This document shows positions 46,659 to 56,591 of a stretch of 64,000 nt of DNA, one piece after another (position 1 is the first letter of the stretch; the number at the start of each line of letters is the position of its first letter). The position numbers were made by a program, and so were the translations under genes. The stretch is taken from positions 1,856,001-1,920,000 of the forward strand of contig OZ242005.1 in assembly GCA_965204725.1 (NCBI GenBank), written 5' to 3'. The notes under the pieces are model-generated. The model was not told the origin of the DNA, searched no databases, and worked only from the letters and a program-made list of their open reading frames with translations. The stretch is from Candidatus Latescibacterota bacterium (lineage in GTDB: Bacteria > Latescibacterota > UBA2968 > UBA8231).

Positions 46659-47365
46659 TGACTCAGAGGAGGCAACCTGTGGTAGAAGTACAAAACCTGT
46701 GGAAGCGATACCCCGGGGCAACGGCCTTGAGGGGCATCTCCCTAACCGTCGAAAAGGGCCGGGTGATGGGCGTTCTCGGGGAAAACGGGAGCGGCAAGAG
46801 CACGCTCTTCAAAATCCTCGCCGGCGTCACCCGCGCCAGCGAAGGCAGTGCGCGGATTGCCGGCCAGCCGGTCGGCGTCCAAACGCGCCGCATCACTTCG
46901 TACCTGCCCGAGGTCAGTCCGTTCTACGACTCAATGTACGTGGCCGAGCAACTCGAATTCCTAGCCGCGTTCTATCCGGGCTGGGACATGGGCAAAGCCC
47001 ACGAGTTGCTCGGGCTGATGAACGTCGATAGCCACCGGAAAATCGGCGCGCTATCCGATGGTCAGCGGGCGCGGCTGAAGGTAGTGACCGCGTTTTCGCG
47101 GCCAAGTGCGTTGGTGCTAATGGACGAGCCGCTCGGGCGCATTGACCCGCCATCGCGGCGGCGCATTCTAGAGACCTTGCTGAGTGAGTTTCGGGTTGGC
47201 GGGCAGACGATTCTGCTCTCGACGCACCTCGTCAGCGAGGTGGAAGCGCTGATCGAAGAGGTGGTGTTCCTGCGCCACGGCGAGATCGCGATTAGCGGCA
47301 ACGTCGAAGCGTTGCGGCAAGATCGCGGGTCGCTCAGCGACATTTTCGAGGAGGTGGTAGCGTGA
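46658..47365 (+). CDS. ABC exporter ATP-binding protein
   Basis: GENGSGKS, LSDGQRAR, MDEPL, LSTH. Confidence 0.9.
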   Translation: MTQRRQPVVEVQNLWKRYPGATALRGISLTVEKGRVMGVLGENGSGKSTLFKILAGVTRASEGSARIAGQPVGVQTRRITSYLPEVSPFYDSMYVAEQLEFLAAFYPGWDMGKAHELLGLMNVDSHRKIGALSDGQRARLKVVTAFSRPSALVLMDEPLGRIDPPSRRRILETLLSEFRVGGQTILLSTHLVSEVEALIEEVVFLRHGEIAISGNVEALRQDRGSLSDIFEEVVA

Positions 47366-48141
47366 GCACTTGGCAGACCCTGTACATAAAAGAAATAAAA
47401 GAACACCGCACCTTGTTCATCTTGCTGCCGCTGGTGACGGCCTTTCTGGAGCTCGTCGCGGTGCTGTCTTTCGACGACGAGCAGGGCCTGTCTCCCCACT
47501 TCCTGTGGAGCTTTGTGCCCTTCGCCTTTTTGCTGATTTTGCCCTTCCTGCTGGTCCACTCATTCGCCCAAGAGGTAAAGGGCCAGACCCATTATCTGCT
47601 CTTGTCGCTGCCGGTATCGCGGGCGCGAATTTTCGCGGCCAAAGCCGCGGCCGTGGCGACGCTCGGCCTCGTCTTGGGCGCGCTGAGCACGGCCGGTCTC
47701 ATCGCGGTTCTCGGCCAACTACACGCGCTCGCGGCCCGCATAATGACGCTGCGGATTGCCCCGTTCACCGCAACGGACATACTCGTTGTCAGCACGGCCC
47801 TCTACCTGTCGGCGCTGGCGGTGATGCTGGGCATGGCCGGCGGGGTCGCTGGCCTGAAGCTCGTGGTGCGCCGCTTTGCTGGCCTCGCGGCTACCGCCTT
47901 CGTCTTGGGCGTGTTGTACTGCTACTTCAGCGCCCTGCCCGAGGTGCTCGGCACATCCGAGGTGGTCTGGTTCGACTACAGTCCCAACGGGCCGGACGGG
48001 CCCAACGAGCCTAACGAGCCGCTGGGCATATCGCCGGATTTCATCAAGGTCAATTTAGTGTTCCTCGCGTACTCAATCTGCGTCGGGCTAGCGGCCATGG
48101 GGATCGGAATGTGGCTGTTTGAAAAGCGGGCCGAAGCCTAA
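47362..48141 (+). CDS. ABC-2 type permease
   Basis: About six TM segments, LLSLPVSRARIFAAK; overlaps the ATPase stop. Confidence 0.82.
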   Translation: MSTWQTLYIKEIKEHRTLFILLPLVTAFLELVAVLSFDDEQGLSPHFLWSFVPFAFLLILPFLLVHSFAQEVKGQTHYLLLSLPVSRARIFAAKAAAVATLGLVLGALSTAGLIAVLGQLHALAARIMTLRIAPFTATDILVVSTALYLSALAVMLGMAGGVAGLKLVVRRFAGLAATAFVLGVLYCYFSALPEVLGTSEVVWFDYSPNGPDGPNEPNEPLGISPDFIKVNLVFLAYSICVGLAAMGIGMWLFEKRAEA

Positions 48142-49295
48142 GGGGCGAGCAGCGGCTGGCCCGGCACCAGCCCTTGCAAAAATTCGTCGCAGGGCAGGCA
48201 GCGTATTTCCTTTATCTCGACCCGCTCGTCTCCTCGGTATAGCAAACACACCTCGGCTTCGGGATAATCTTGCTTAAAGGCGCACAGGCTGTTGAGGTCA
48301 CTCGGGCGGATGGTGCGGGTATTTTTGACTTCCAAGGCCCAAAAGCCTTCCGGGCCATAGAGGACAAAATCGACTTCGCTGCCCGACTTGGTGCGCCAAA
48401 AATACAGCGCGTAGTGCTCGCCGCCGTAGGCATTCCAAGCCCGCAGATGCTGCGCCACCAAGCCCTCTAGGGCGGGGCCGTGTATTTCTTCGGGGCGATC
48501 GAGCGGTCCGGCCGGGCGCAGCGAGCGGAAGACGCCCGCGTCGAAGAAGTAAAATTTAGGGTGGGCGGTTAGCTTCCTTTTGGCTCGCTTTGCAAATACC
48601 GGCACCCGAAAGCACAACAACAAATCCTCTAAAATGTCGATGTACGCCTCAACGGTTTTCCGCTCAATCTGGCACTCCCTAGCGACCGCGGAAACACTCA
48701 GGACCATTCCATGAGAAAAGCTAATGGCTTCCAAAAAGCGCGAGAAGTTGCCGACGTTGCGGACTAGGCCCTCCATCTGAACTTCTTCTCTCAAGTACAG
48801 AGCGGCATACGCTCCGAGCACCTCGGAGGGCGAGGCCGCGTCCACGACCAAGGGGACGAGACCAAAGCGCAGGGCGCGCGCTAGGTCAAAAGCAGCCCCC
48901 AGTTCGGCCGCCATAAAGGGGTGCATGGTCTTGAGCACGGCTCGGCCAGCGAGCAGGTCAATCCCGGTGCGCTTGAGCTTTCGCGCACTGGAGCCGGTCA
49001 GCACGAACCGAAGCGGTCGGGGCTGCTCGACGAGTTGATGCACCACGTCCAACAGCTCGGGGACCTTTTGCACCTCGTCGATGATAACGGTGTCTTGGGC
49101 GGGATGGCCGGCGACGAGCTCGCGCAGGCGCTCGGGCCGGGACGCATAGAGGCGATACGTCTCTGGAGCGAGCAGATCCACGAGCAAGGCGTCGGGCAAA
49201 TGGGCATGAAGCCACGTTGACTTGCCGGTGCCGCGGGGGCCGAAGAGGAAAAAGCTGGTCTCTGTGGCTTGGAAAAATCGCCTCTTTGTTTCCAT
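48138..49295 (-). CDS. AAA+ ATPase with DUF4143 domain (second paralog)
   Basis: GPRGTGKS, IIDEVQK, LTGSSARKL, KFYFFDAG, EVDFV...LEVK. Confidence 0.9.
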   Translation of the reverse strand: METKRRFFQATETSFFLFGPRGTGKSTWLHAHLPDALLVDLLAPETYRLYASRPERLRELVAGHPAQDTVIIDEVQKVPELLDVVHQLVEQPRPLRFVLTGSSARKLKRTGIDLLAGRAVLKTMHPFMAAELGAAFDLARALRFGLVPLVVDAASPSEVLGAYAALYLREEVQMEGLVRNVGNFSRFLEAISFSHGMVLSVSAVARECQIERKTVEAYIDILEDLLLCFRVPVFAKRAKRKLTAHPKFYFFDAGVFRSLRPAGPLDRPEEIHGPALEGLVAQHLRAWNAYGGEHYALYFWRTKSGSEVDFVLYGPEGFWALEVKNTRTIRPSDLNSLCAFKQDYPEAEVCLLYRGDERVEIKEIRCLPCDEFLQGLVPGQPLLAP

Positions 49296-49360
49296 TTCTT
49301 CTGCTTTTTTGGAAGTATGGCCTCCAAAATATAAGGTCAGAACGCGGTACGCGCCCGGCC

Positions 49361-49555
49361 TTACCCTGCCTCCACATCGGAGCGGTAGGGTACGCGCCCG
49401 TGCAGCAGCGCGTCGCAGGCCGCCCTCATCGCCGGATTGCCGCCGGTCAAGTACCCCATGGCCCGGGCTTGCGCCGCGGTCAAGCCGCCGGCAAACAAAT
49501 CCTCCGGCCCTAGCGGGCGGACCGCTAGGGCTTTGTTGTACTGGGGTTGCTGCAT
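49361..49555 (-). pseudogene. Probable internally deleted GNAT/Eis-like acetyltransferase remnant
   Basis: AGGAG RBS; GNAT-like start (VRPLGPEDL) joined directly to an Eis/SCP2-like tail (LFAGGLTAAQARAMG...CDALL). Confidence 0.4.
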
Positions 49556-49643
49556 GGTCGTTCTCCTGTTTAGGGCCTTGTCTCGTCCTCCCGATTATCG
49601 CTATTATACCCAACAATGACCAGCACTCAACTTGGAATTTGCT

Positions 49644-50426
49644 ATGAAAACCTTGCTAGCGGGCGTCCTCGCCCTCCTGCCGCTCCAGACCGCTTTGGCG
49701 CACGACGGGCCGGTGCTTGACGAAGCCAAAATCGTCGATCTGACTCATCCCTTTGACGAACACGCGATTGCGTGGCCGACCGCGCGGCCCTACAAGCTCG
49801 AAGTGGTTGCGGCCGAGCACACCCCCAACGGATGGTATGCGGCCAACAATATATGCCTTGCCGAGCACAGCGGTACGCATCTAGACGCGCCGCTCCACTT
49901 TGCCCACGACGCCCACGACGCCAGCGAAGTGCCCCTCAGCCGCCTCATCGGCCCGGCCGTGGTGGTCGATGTGCGCGAGCAGGCGAGCCGGAACGCTGAC
50001 TACCGCCTGACCAAGGCCGACCTGTTGGCTTGGGAAGCGGCACACGGTCGGATTCCAGACGGCGCAATCGTGCTGATGCTGAGTGGTTGGGGCCAATTCT
50101 GGCTGGACCGGAAACGCTATCTGGGCTCGGACGCGACCGGGGACGCGACCGATCTCCACTTTCCGGGGTTTTCCGCCGAGGCCGCCGAGTTTCTCGGGTC
50201 CGAGCGGGTCATCGACGCAATCGGCGTGGACACCCCGAGCCTCGACCACGGCCCGTCCAAAGACTTCATCGTCCACCGGATCGTCAGCCGCCTCAACATG
50301 CCCGGGCTGGAAAACATCGCCCAGCTAGAGCAACTGCCGCCGGTCGGGGCGCACCTAATCGCCCTGCCCATGAAAATTGCCGGCGGCTCGGGTGGGCCGA
50401 CGCGCATCATTGCGATCCTGCCCTGA
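49644..50426 (+). CDS. Cyclase family metal hydrolase (KynB-like) with signal peptide
   Basis: VDLTH, EHSGTHLDAP.H, GVDTPSLD, GLEN, GGSGGPTR. Confidence 0.88.
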   Translation: MKTLLAGVLALLPLQTALAHDGPVLDEAKIVDLTHPFDEHAIAWPTARPYKLEVVAAEHTPNGWYAANNICLAEHSGTHLDAPLHFAHDAHDASEVPLSRLIGPAVVVDVREQASRNADYRLTKADLLAWEAAHGRIPDGAIVLMLSGWGQFWLDRKRYLGSDATGDATDLHFPGFSAEAAEFLGSERVIDAIGVDTPSLDHGPSKDFIVHRIVSRLNMPGLENIAQLEQLPPVGAHLIALPMKIAGGSGGPTRIIAILP

Positions 50427-50454
50427 CGTATTGCCCGCGCACGGAGGCCAGCCG

Positions 50455-51333
50455 ATGAGCAAAACCCCCTTAAAAATCACGCCCGAACAACAGCGGCAGT
50501 TCGACGAAGACGGCTTCTTCCTCGTCGCAGACGCCCTGCCGCCCGACCGCATCGCCGCCCTCTTGCAGCGGCTCGACGCCTTGTACGACCGCTACCGCCG
50601 GGAACGCAATCTCGGGCCGCGCCAAGCCTTTCAAATGCGGAACATCGCGGCCGATCCCCTGTTTAAGGAATTGATCGACTATCCGCCCATTTTGCCGCTC
50701 ATCGTGGACCTCATGGGCTACAATATCCAGCTTCGCACCTCGCACCTCGACGTGCGCCCGCCGCAGGATCCAGCCGACGGGACGCACGAGTTAGGTGCCC
50801 CGGATAGCTTCTTCCCGTGGCATGCCGACGGCCCGGACTATGGCTGGCCGGCCGTCAATGGGGTGCTGCCGTTTATGGAGATGAAGGTCGGCTACTACTT
50901 GACCGACCTGACCCAACCTGTGAGCGGCGCCATTTGCGTCGTGCGCGGCAGCCATCGCCAATCGCCTTGGATCGAAGCGCATGGCACGCGCCGCATCGAC
51001 CCGGAGCGCATTGTCGAAGTCAACGTCGCCCCCGGCACCGCGCTCCTCTGGCGCACGGCCTTGTACCACTGCTTGACCCCCAATCTGTCCGACCAACCGC
51101 GCAAATGCCTGTACTACGGCTATCAGCACCGCTGGATCCGCCCCTCGGATTACGACCACCAAGCCCCGGAAGTCTTGGCCGGGTGCGGCCCAGTGCGCCG
51201 TCAGCTTTTGGGCGAGTTGGGCACCGGCAGCACGGCCTATGCGGGCGACGACCCGTTGGTACATCCCGTGTCGCGTTATTGGCGGCCCAAAGACGAGGAT
51301 ATTCCGCTCAAGGCTTGGGCGGAGAATTATTAG
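50455..51333 (+). CDS. Phytanoyl-CoA dioxygenase (PhyH) family protein
   Basis: FDEDGF, WHAD, VRGSH, LYH. Confidence 0.85.
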   Translation: MSKTPLKITPEQQRQFDEDGFFLVADALPPDRIAALLQRLDALYDRYRRERNLGPRQAFQMRNIAADPLFKELIDYPPILPLIVDLMGYNIQLRTSHLDVRPPQDPADGTHELGAPDSFFPWHADGPDYGWPAVNGVLPFMEMKVGYYLTDLTQPVSGAICVVRGSHRQSPWIEAHGTRRIDPERIVEVNVAPGTALLWRTALYHCLTPNLSDQPRKCLYYGYQHRWIRPSDYDHQAPEVLAGCGPVRRQLLGELGTGSTAYAGDDPLVHPVSRYWRPKDEDIPLKAWAENY

Positions 51334-51358
51334 CTCAGTACGCGCCCCTGCATTGCAC

Positions 51359-51412
51359 CCGGGATCGAGGGCGTCCCGCCCTCGACGAGGGCAAGATGCC
51401 CTCGATCCTTGG
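51359..51412. repeat. Family A REP doublet
   Basis: GGGATCGAGGGCGTCCCGCCCTCGACGAGGGCAAGATGCCCTCGATCC, identical to 14218-14264. Confidence 0.85.
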
Positions 51413-51456
51413 CAAGGCGCGTCGTAAGCCACTCACCCCCGAGAGGAGACCGTCCC

Positions 51457-52257
51457 GTGATCCAACAGAGCCAGACCCGTCGCATGCTCACCCCGGCCCA
51501 AGTGGAGCGCTTCCGGCTCGACGGCTATCTGACCATCGAGCATGTACTGACCGCGGAAGAAGTGGCCGTTTTGGCCGCCCATACCGACCGCATCGCCGGC
51601 GGCGGGCTAGACCACATCCCCGACACCAGCATCCAGCTCGAACCCGTCTTCCGCCGCGGCGAAAAACCCGTCACCGACCCCGTGCTGGCCGTGCGCAAAT
51701 TGTACAACTTAGCAGTGTACGACGAGGTGATGTGGTCCTTTGTCACCCATCGCAAAGTTGCCGGAATTGCCGCCGATTTGCTCGGCACCGCCGACCTCAA
51801 GCTGTACGGCGACCAGCTCTTTATGAAAGCGCCGCGCACGGGTTCGGCGCAGGGCTGGCACCAAGATTCGGCCTCTTGGCGCGACATTTTCCCCATGGAC
51901 TTGGTCACCGCTTGGATCGCCATTGACGCGGCCACTCTCGACAACGGCTGCCTCAACTTTGCCTTGGGCACCCACCGCTGGGGCATGTTGCGGGGCGAGC
52001 GCTTGGCTCCTTTTGTCGCCGATCTGGCAAGCGGCGAGTGGCCCATCCGGCCCGCTGTCCTCCTCCCCGGCAGCATCAGTTTCCACCACAGCCTAACGCT
52101 GCACCAAAGCAACGCCAATCGCACCGATACGCGCCGCCGGGGCTATGCCATACATTATATGCGCGCGGCTTCTTGGCGCGACGAATCGGTTACGGACGCA
52201 CCCAAGATGCCGCCCTTTAAGCAGGTCTGCGGCCGGTCGTTTCCCGGCCGGGTTTGA
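51457..52257 (+). CDS. Phytanoyl-CoA dioxygenase (PhyH) family protein
   Basis: FRLDGYL, WHQD, AWIAID...NGCL, TLHQS..N. Confidence 0.88.
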   Translation: MIQQSQTRRMLTPAQVERFRLDGYLTIEHVLTAEEVAVLAAHTDRIAGGGLDHIPDTSIQLEPVFRRGEKPVTDPVLAVRKLYNLAVYDEVMWSFVTHRKVAGIAADLLGTADLKLYGDQLFMKAPRTGSAQGWHQDSASWRDIFPMDLVTAWIAIDAATLDNGCLNFALGTHRWGMLRGERLAPFVADLASGEWPIRPAVLLPGSISFHHSLTLHQSNANRTDTRRRGYAIHYMRAASWRDESVTDAPKMPPFKQVCGRSFPGRV

Positions 52258-52283
52258 GATGGGCGGAGTGCTGTGTCTTAAAT

Positions 52284-52539
52284 CCAAGTACGCGACACCT
52301 ACTCTGGCGTCCGGGATCGAGGGCAAGATGCCCTCGATCCGTAGAAGCGTTCTTAACACTCCTGTTGCTTTTGGCTCGTCTTGCCTGACGACGCGAGGGG
52401 TCATTCCCGCGAAAGAACGTCACCCCGTGCCCCGACACGGGGCGGGAATCCAGAAAAGGACCAAGCCGAATCAGAAACGGAAACCCTGATTTTCAGAACG
52501 CTTCTTAGAAGTTGGAGGCTGGTGTCGTGTGTAAACTTA
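52284..52539. mobile_element. Nested MITE/REP composite
   Basis: Outer TIRs AAGTACGCGACAC / GTGTCGTGTGTAA; family A half at 52313-52340; inner TIRs AGAAGCGTTCT / AGAACGCTTCT; family B REP at 52400-52453 interrupted by a hairpin. Confidence 0.7.
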
Positions 52540-52557
52540 AAAAGAAAGAGTGAAACC

Positions 52558-52914
52558 ATGGCTGAACCAATTACTGTGCAAGTGTCTAACATCATCGGCG
52601 GCCCTCTGTGCGTATCCACCAGCGACGGCCAGCGTCTGCACGATAAGATCGCTCCGCTCTTGGAGCAGCAGACGCCGGTTGTCCTCTCCTTCAAGCGGGT
52701 GGACATCCTTATCGCCGCGTTTCTGAACGCGGCCATAGGCCAACTCTACGGCGAGTTGCCCGAGGACCGCCTTGACGAGTTGCTTTCCTTCCGCGACTTG
52801 GCTACAGACGACCGCGAAATGCTCACCCACGTCGTCGAAAACGCCAAGGCGTATTTCCGCAGACCCCAAGACTTTGACCGGGCATGGCAAGAGGAACTGG
52901 GCGATGAGGAATAA
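52558..52914 (+). CDS. STAS-like domain protein (DUF4325)
   Basis: CVSTSDGQRLH, VVLSF..VDIL..AFLNAAIGQLYG. Confidence 0.82.
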   Translation: MAEPITVQVSNIIGGPLCVSTSDGQRLHDKIAPLLEQQTPVVLSFKRVDILIAAFLNAAIGQLYGELPEDRLDELLSFRDLATDDREMLTHVVENAKAYFRRPQDFDRAWQEELGDEE

Positions 52915-52972
52915 GGCATATAACCGAGCGACCTATTCATTAAACTTGAGACTCTCGGCCGCCTGTCGATGA
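52904..52972 (+). pseudogene. Truncated start of the STAS partner gene (possibly a PIN domain)
   Basis: 22-codon [15 protein letters not shown]... overlapping the STAS end, with its stop overlapping the MTase ATG. Confidence 0.35.
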
Positions 52973-55900
52973 CGCCTCCCCGCAAAAAGCTCATCGAAGT
53001 CGCCCTGCCGCTCGACGCCATCAACGAGGCCGCGGCGCGGGAGAAGTCGATTCGGCATGGGCATCCGAGTACGCTGCATCTGTGGTGGGCGCGGCGACCA
53101 TTGGCCGCGGCGCGGGCGGTGATTTTCGCGCAGATGGTGAATGATCCGTCGGCTCGACCCGATCTGTTCCGCACGGAGGCCGACCAAGACAAGGAGCGCG
53201 AGCGGCTGTTTGGCCTTATCAAGGAATTGGTGCAGTGGGAGAATACCACTGACGAAAGGGTGTTGCAGCAAGCCCGCGACGAGATTTGGGCAAGCTGGCG
53301 GCGGACCTGCGCCGATAATGCCGATCATCCCCGGGCCGCTGAATTGTTCAGCCCGGATGCGCTGCCGGCCTTTCACGATCCGTTTGCCGGCGGCGGCGCG
53401 TTGCCGCTCGAAGCGCAGCGATTGGGGCTTGAAGCTCATGCCAGCGACCTCAATCCGGTGGCGGTGCTCATCAACAAGGCCATGATCGAGATACCGCCTA
53501 AGTTCGCCGGGCAGGCGCCGGTGAATCCGGCGTCTCGCGAGGAAAAGGGCCTGATCGAGCGCGCATGGAAGGGGGCGCAGGGGCTGGCCGAGGATGTGCG
53601 CTACTATGGGCAGTGGATGCGCGACGAGGCCGAACGGCGCATTGGGCATCTGTATCCGCAGGTTGAGATTGCCGAGGAGATGGTGCGGGAGCGGCCCGAC
53701 CTTAAACGCTACAAGGGCCGCAAGCTGACAGTGATTGCGTGGCTGTGGGCGCGGACAGTGAAAAGCCCCAACCCGGCGTTTGCCGATGTGGATGTGCCGC
53801 TGGCCTCGACCTTTATGCTTTCGACGAAGAAGGGCAAGGAGGCATACGTTGAGCCGGTGATTGAGGGGCGTGGGTATCGGTTTGCGGTGAAGGTGGGAAC
53901 GCCGGAGGATGTGGACGCGGCGAAGGCGGGGACCAAGCTCGCACGGGGAGCGAATTTTCGCTGCGTGATGTCAGGGACGCCGATAGCGGGCGACTACATC
54001 AAGGCCGAGGGGAAGGCCGGGCGGATGGGGGCACGGCTGATGGCTGTCGTGGTTGAGGGAGACCGCGGGAGAGTGTATTTGGCACCGACGCCGGAGCACG
54101 AGGGAATTGCCGCGCTGGCGGAACCGACGTGGAGACCAGAAAATGAGCTTATTGGCAAATGCCGGGACCAGCTACCGCTCTATGGCATGAATACTTTTGC
54201 CGACCTCTTCACCCCCCGCCAACTCGTCGCCCTGACCACCTTCTCCGACTTAGTGGCGGAAGCGATGGAGCGCGTCAAAAACGATCACCCGGGATCGAGG
54301 GCGTCTCGCCCTCGGCAAAGCGACGAGAGCGAGATCCCCTCCCCCCGAGGAACTGAGACCTCCGATGCGTCATCCCCAAGGGTAACCCCGTCCACTCCTT
54401 TCCACCGCACTCGTCTTCCCCACTTTGAAGCTGGCGAGGTCCCCCAGCACATTTGTTTTCGCCTCTCCGACAGCCTGCCGCAGAACCTACTCTACGAATG
54501 GGAGGAGGAATTGTCGCGGCTCGCAGAAGATGACCGCAAGACCGAGCGTCGCCGCCGGGTCGAAGCCGTGCTGGATCGCAGCTACGGTGCGTGCTGGCTG
54601 CGTCGTCCCGAGGTAGCGGCATTGGTGCGTGACGCCTTGCTCCACTTCGATGGCGTACGCTATCGGCTGCACGAATGGACGATCATGCCCAATCACGTAC
54701 ACGTGCTGGTATCGCCTCAACCGGAGATCCCCCTGTCCAGCGTGGTGCATTCGTGGAAGTCCTATACCGCAAAGCGGGCGAACGAAGTGCTGAAACGGAA
54801 GGGCTCTTTCTGGCACAGGGATTATTTCGATCGTTTCATGCGTGATGAAGAGCATTATCGGGCAACGGTCGAATACATCCGTCACAACCCGGTGAAGGCC
54901 GGCTTGTGCAGAAGCGAGGAAGAATGGCAGTGGAGCAGCCAAAACCCTCCCCCCTCTCCCCCCTCTCCCCCCTGGGATCGAGGGCATCTTGCCCTCGATA
55001 AGGAGGGCGAGACGCCCTCCCTCCTTACTACCCCGACCCCGGTTGACGACGACCAGCCCCTGCGCGACGGGGGCACCGGCGCGACAGCGTATGCCGAGGC
55101 GGTGGGGCTATATTTGGCGTTTGCACTGTCAAAGATTTCAAACGTCGGCTCATCTCTTGCTTCTTGGATGAATGATCGCGGCGCATTTCGGGAGACTTTC
55201 GCTCGACAAGCCCTACCAATGGTCTGGGATTTCGCTGAGGCGAATCCGTTCACGGACGCTAACGGCAGTTTAGAGACAGCCCTTGATAAAGGGGCAATGG
55301 CGATCAATGCGTTCCCTGCACTAAATGCTGGCTCAGGAAATCAACTCGACGCAGCCAACCAAACGATCAGTACCGGCAAGTTGGTCTCCACTGATCCGCC
55401 GTACTACGACAACATCGGCTACGCCGACCTGTCGGACTTCTTCTACGTCTGGCTACGCCGGGCAGTACGGTCAATCTATCCCGATTTCTTCGCTACACTC
55501 GCTGTACCGAAGGCCGAAGAATTGGTCGCTACTCCATACCGGCATGGCAACAAGGAAAAGGCGGAGACCTTTTTCCTTGCCGGCATGACCGAGGCGATGC
55601 GTCGTCTCGCCGAGCAGTCGCATCCGGCCTATCCAGTCACCATCTATTACGCTTTCAAGCAGTCCGAGACCAAAGGCGACACCGGCACGGCGAGTACAGG
55701 CTGGGAAACATTTCTTGATGCCGCTCTTCGCGCTGGTTTCAAGATCAGCGGTACTTGGCCGATACGAACAGAGGGGTCTGGGAGGATCCTTGCAAAGGGC
55801 ACCAACGCCCTCGCCTCGTCCATCGTCCTCGTCTGCCGCCAACGCCCTACCACCGCACCCATGGCCACTCGCCGCGAATTCGTCGCCGCGCTCAGAGCCG

Positions 55901-56577
55901 AACTCCCCACTGCCCTCGCCCACCTACAATCCGGCAACATCGCCCCGGTTGACCTCGCCCAAGCCGCCATCGGCCCCGGCATGGCCGTATTCACCCGCTA
56001 CGCCCAAGTGCTCAACGCCGAGGGCAACCCCGTCTCAGTGCGCGAGGCCCTAGCCCTCATCAACCAGATACTCGACGAAGTGCTCGCCGAGCAAGAAGGC
56101 GACTTCGACCCCGACAGCCGCTGGGCCTTGGCATGGTTCGAGCAGCACGGCTTCGACGCGGGCGAATACGGCGTCGCCGAAACCCTGTCCAAAGCCAAAA
56201 ACACCAGCATCGCCGGCATCGTCGAGGGCGGCATCCTCGCCTCCAGCGCCGGCAAGGTGCGCCTGCTGCCCCCGGACGAATTAGCCGCCGACTGGGACCC
56301 AAAGGCCGACGACCGGCTCACCGTATGGGAGGCCGTCCACCATCTCATCCGCGCCTTGGAAACCGGCGGCGAACCCGCCGCGGCGCGGGTCGTAGCCCAA
56401 CTCGGCGCACAGGCCGACATCGCCCGCGAACTCGCCTACCGCCTCTACACCATCTGCGAACGCAAACGCCGCGCCGCCGAAGCCCTCTCCTACAACAGCC
56501 TAGTCCAAAGCTGGCCCGAAATCGCCAAGCTGTCGCGGCAGGAGATGCTGGTCGAGGGCGACCTGTTCGGGGATTAA
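52969..56577 (+). CDS. DUF1156 adenine DNA methyltransferase carrying an in-frame RAYT transposase insertion
   Basis: [22 protein letters not shown], motif I DPFAGGG, motif [10 protein letters not shown]; insert at about aa 440-691. Confidence 0.92.
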   Translation: MTPPRKKLIEVALPLDAINEAAAREKSIRHGHPSTLHLWWARRPLAAARAVIFAQMVNDPSARPDLFRTEADQDKERERLFGLIKELVQWENTTDERVLQQARDEIWASWRRTCADNADHPRAAELFSPDALPAFHDPFAGGGALPLEAQRLGLEAHASDLNPVAVLINKAMIEIPPKFAGQAPVNPASREEKGLIERAWKGAQGLAEDVRYYGQWMRDEAERRIGHLYPQVEIAEEMVRERPDLKRYKGRKLTVIAWLWARTVKSPNPAFADVDVPLASTFMLSTKKGKEAYVEPVIEGRGYRFAVKVGTPEDVDAAKAGTKLARGANFRCVMSGTPIAGDYIKAEGKAGRMGARLMAVVVEGDRGRVYLAPTPEHEGIAALAEPTWRPENELIGKCRDQLPLYGMNTFADLFTPRQLVALTTFSDLVAEAMERVKNDHPGSRASRPRQSDESEIPSPRGTETSDASSPRVTPSTPFHRTRLPHFEAGEVPQHICFRLSDSLPQNLLYEWEEELSRLAEDDRKTERRRRVEAVLDRSYGACWLRRPEVAALVRDALLHFDGVRYRLHEWTIMPNHVHVLVSPQPEIPLSSVVHSWKSYTAKRANEVLKRKGSFWHRDYFDRFMRDEEHYRATVEYIRHNPVKAGLCRSEEEWQWSSQNPPPSPPSPPWDRGHLALDKEGETPSLLTTPTPVDDDQPLRDGGTGATAYAEAVGLYLAFALSKISNVGSSLASWMNDRGAFRETFARQALPMVWDFAEANPFTDANGSLETALDKGAMAINAFPALNAGSGNQLDAANQTISTGKLVSTDPPYYDNIGYADLSDFFYVWLRRAVRSIYPDFFATLAVPKAEELVATPYRHGNKEKAETFFLAGMTEAMRRLAEQSHPAYPVTIYYAFKQSETKGDTGTASTGWETFLDAALRAGFKISGTWPIRTEGSGRILAKGTNALASSIVLVCRQRPTTAPMATRREFVAALRAELPTALAHLQSGNIAPVDLAQAAIGPGMAVFTRYAQVLNAEGNPVSVREALALINQILDEVLAEQEGDFDPDSRWALAWFEQHGFDAGEYGVAETLSKAKNTSIAGIVEGGILASSAGKVRLLPPDELAADWDPKADDRLTVWEAVHHLIRALETGGEPAAARVVAQLGAQADIARELAYRLYTICERKRRAAEALSYNSLVQSWPEIAKLSRQEMLVEGDLFGD
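54286..55041 (+). mobile_element. REP-flanked RAYT (Y1/HUH tyrosine transposase) module, in frame with the MTase
   Basis: LPHF..G...[13 protein letters not shown] motif [43 protein letters not shown]; family A hairpins at 54291-54314 and 54974-55024. Confidence 0.88.
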
Positions 56578-56591
56578 GCAAGAGGAACCTT

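Noticed and set aside
54400-54939. IS200/IS605 element with TnpB
   Set aside because: No tnpB nearby; the LPH...FRL.DSLP and NPVKAGL...W.WSS motifs and multicopy flanking hairpins fit a RAYT better.
54286-55041. Insert as an intein or self-splicing intron
   Set aside because: No N-terminal Cys/Ser block A or C-terminal His-Asn, and no room for a ribozyme core; the content is an HUH transposase with short hairpins.
56133-56591. Arg-rich N-terminal extension of the SIR2 ORF
   Set aside because: Alternative frame of the MTase 3' end; the GTG at 56592 has an RBS and matches the domain start.
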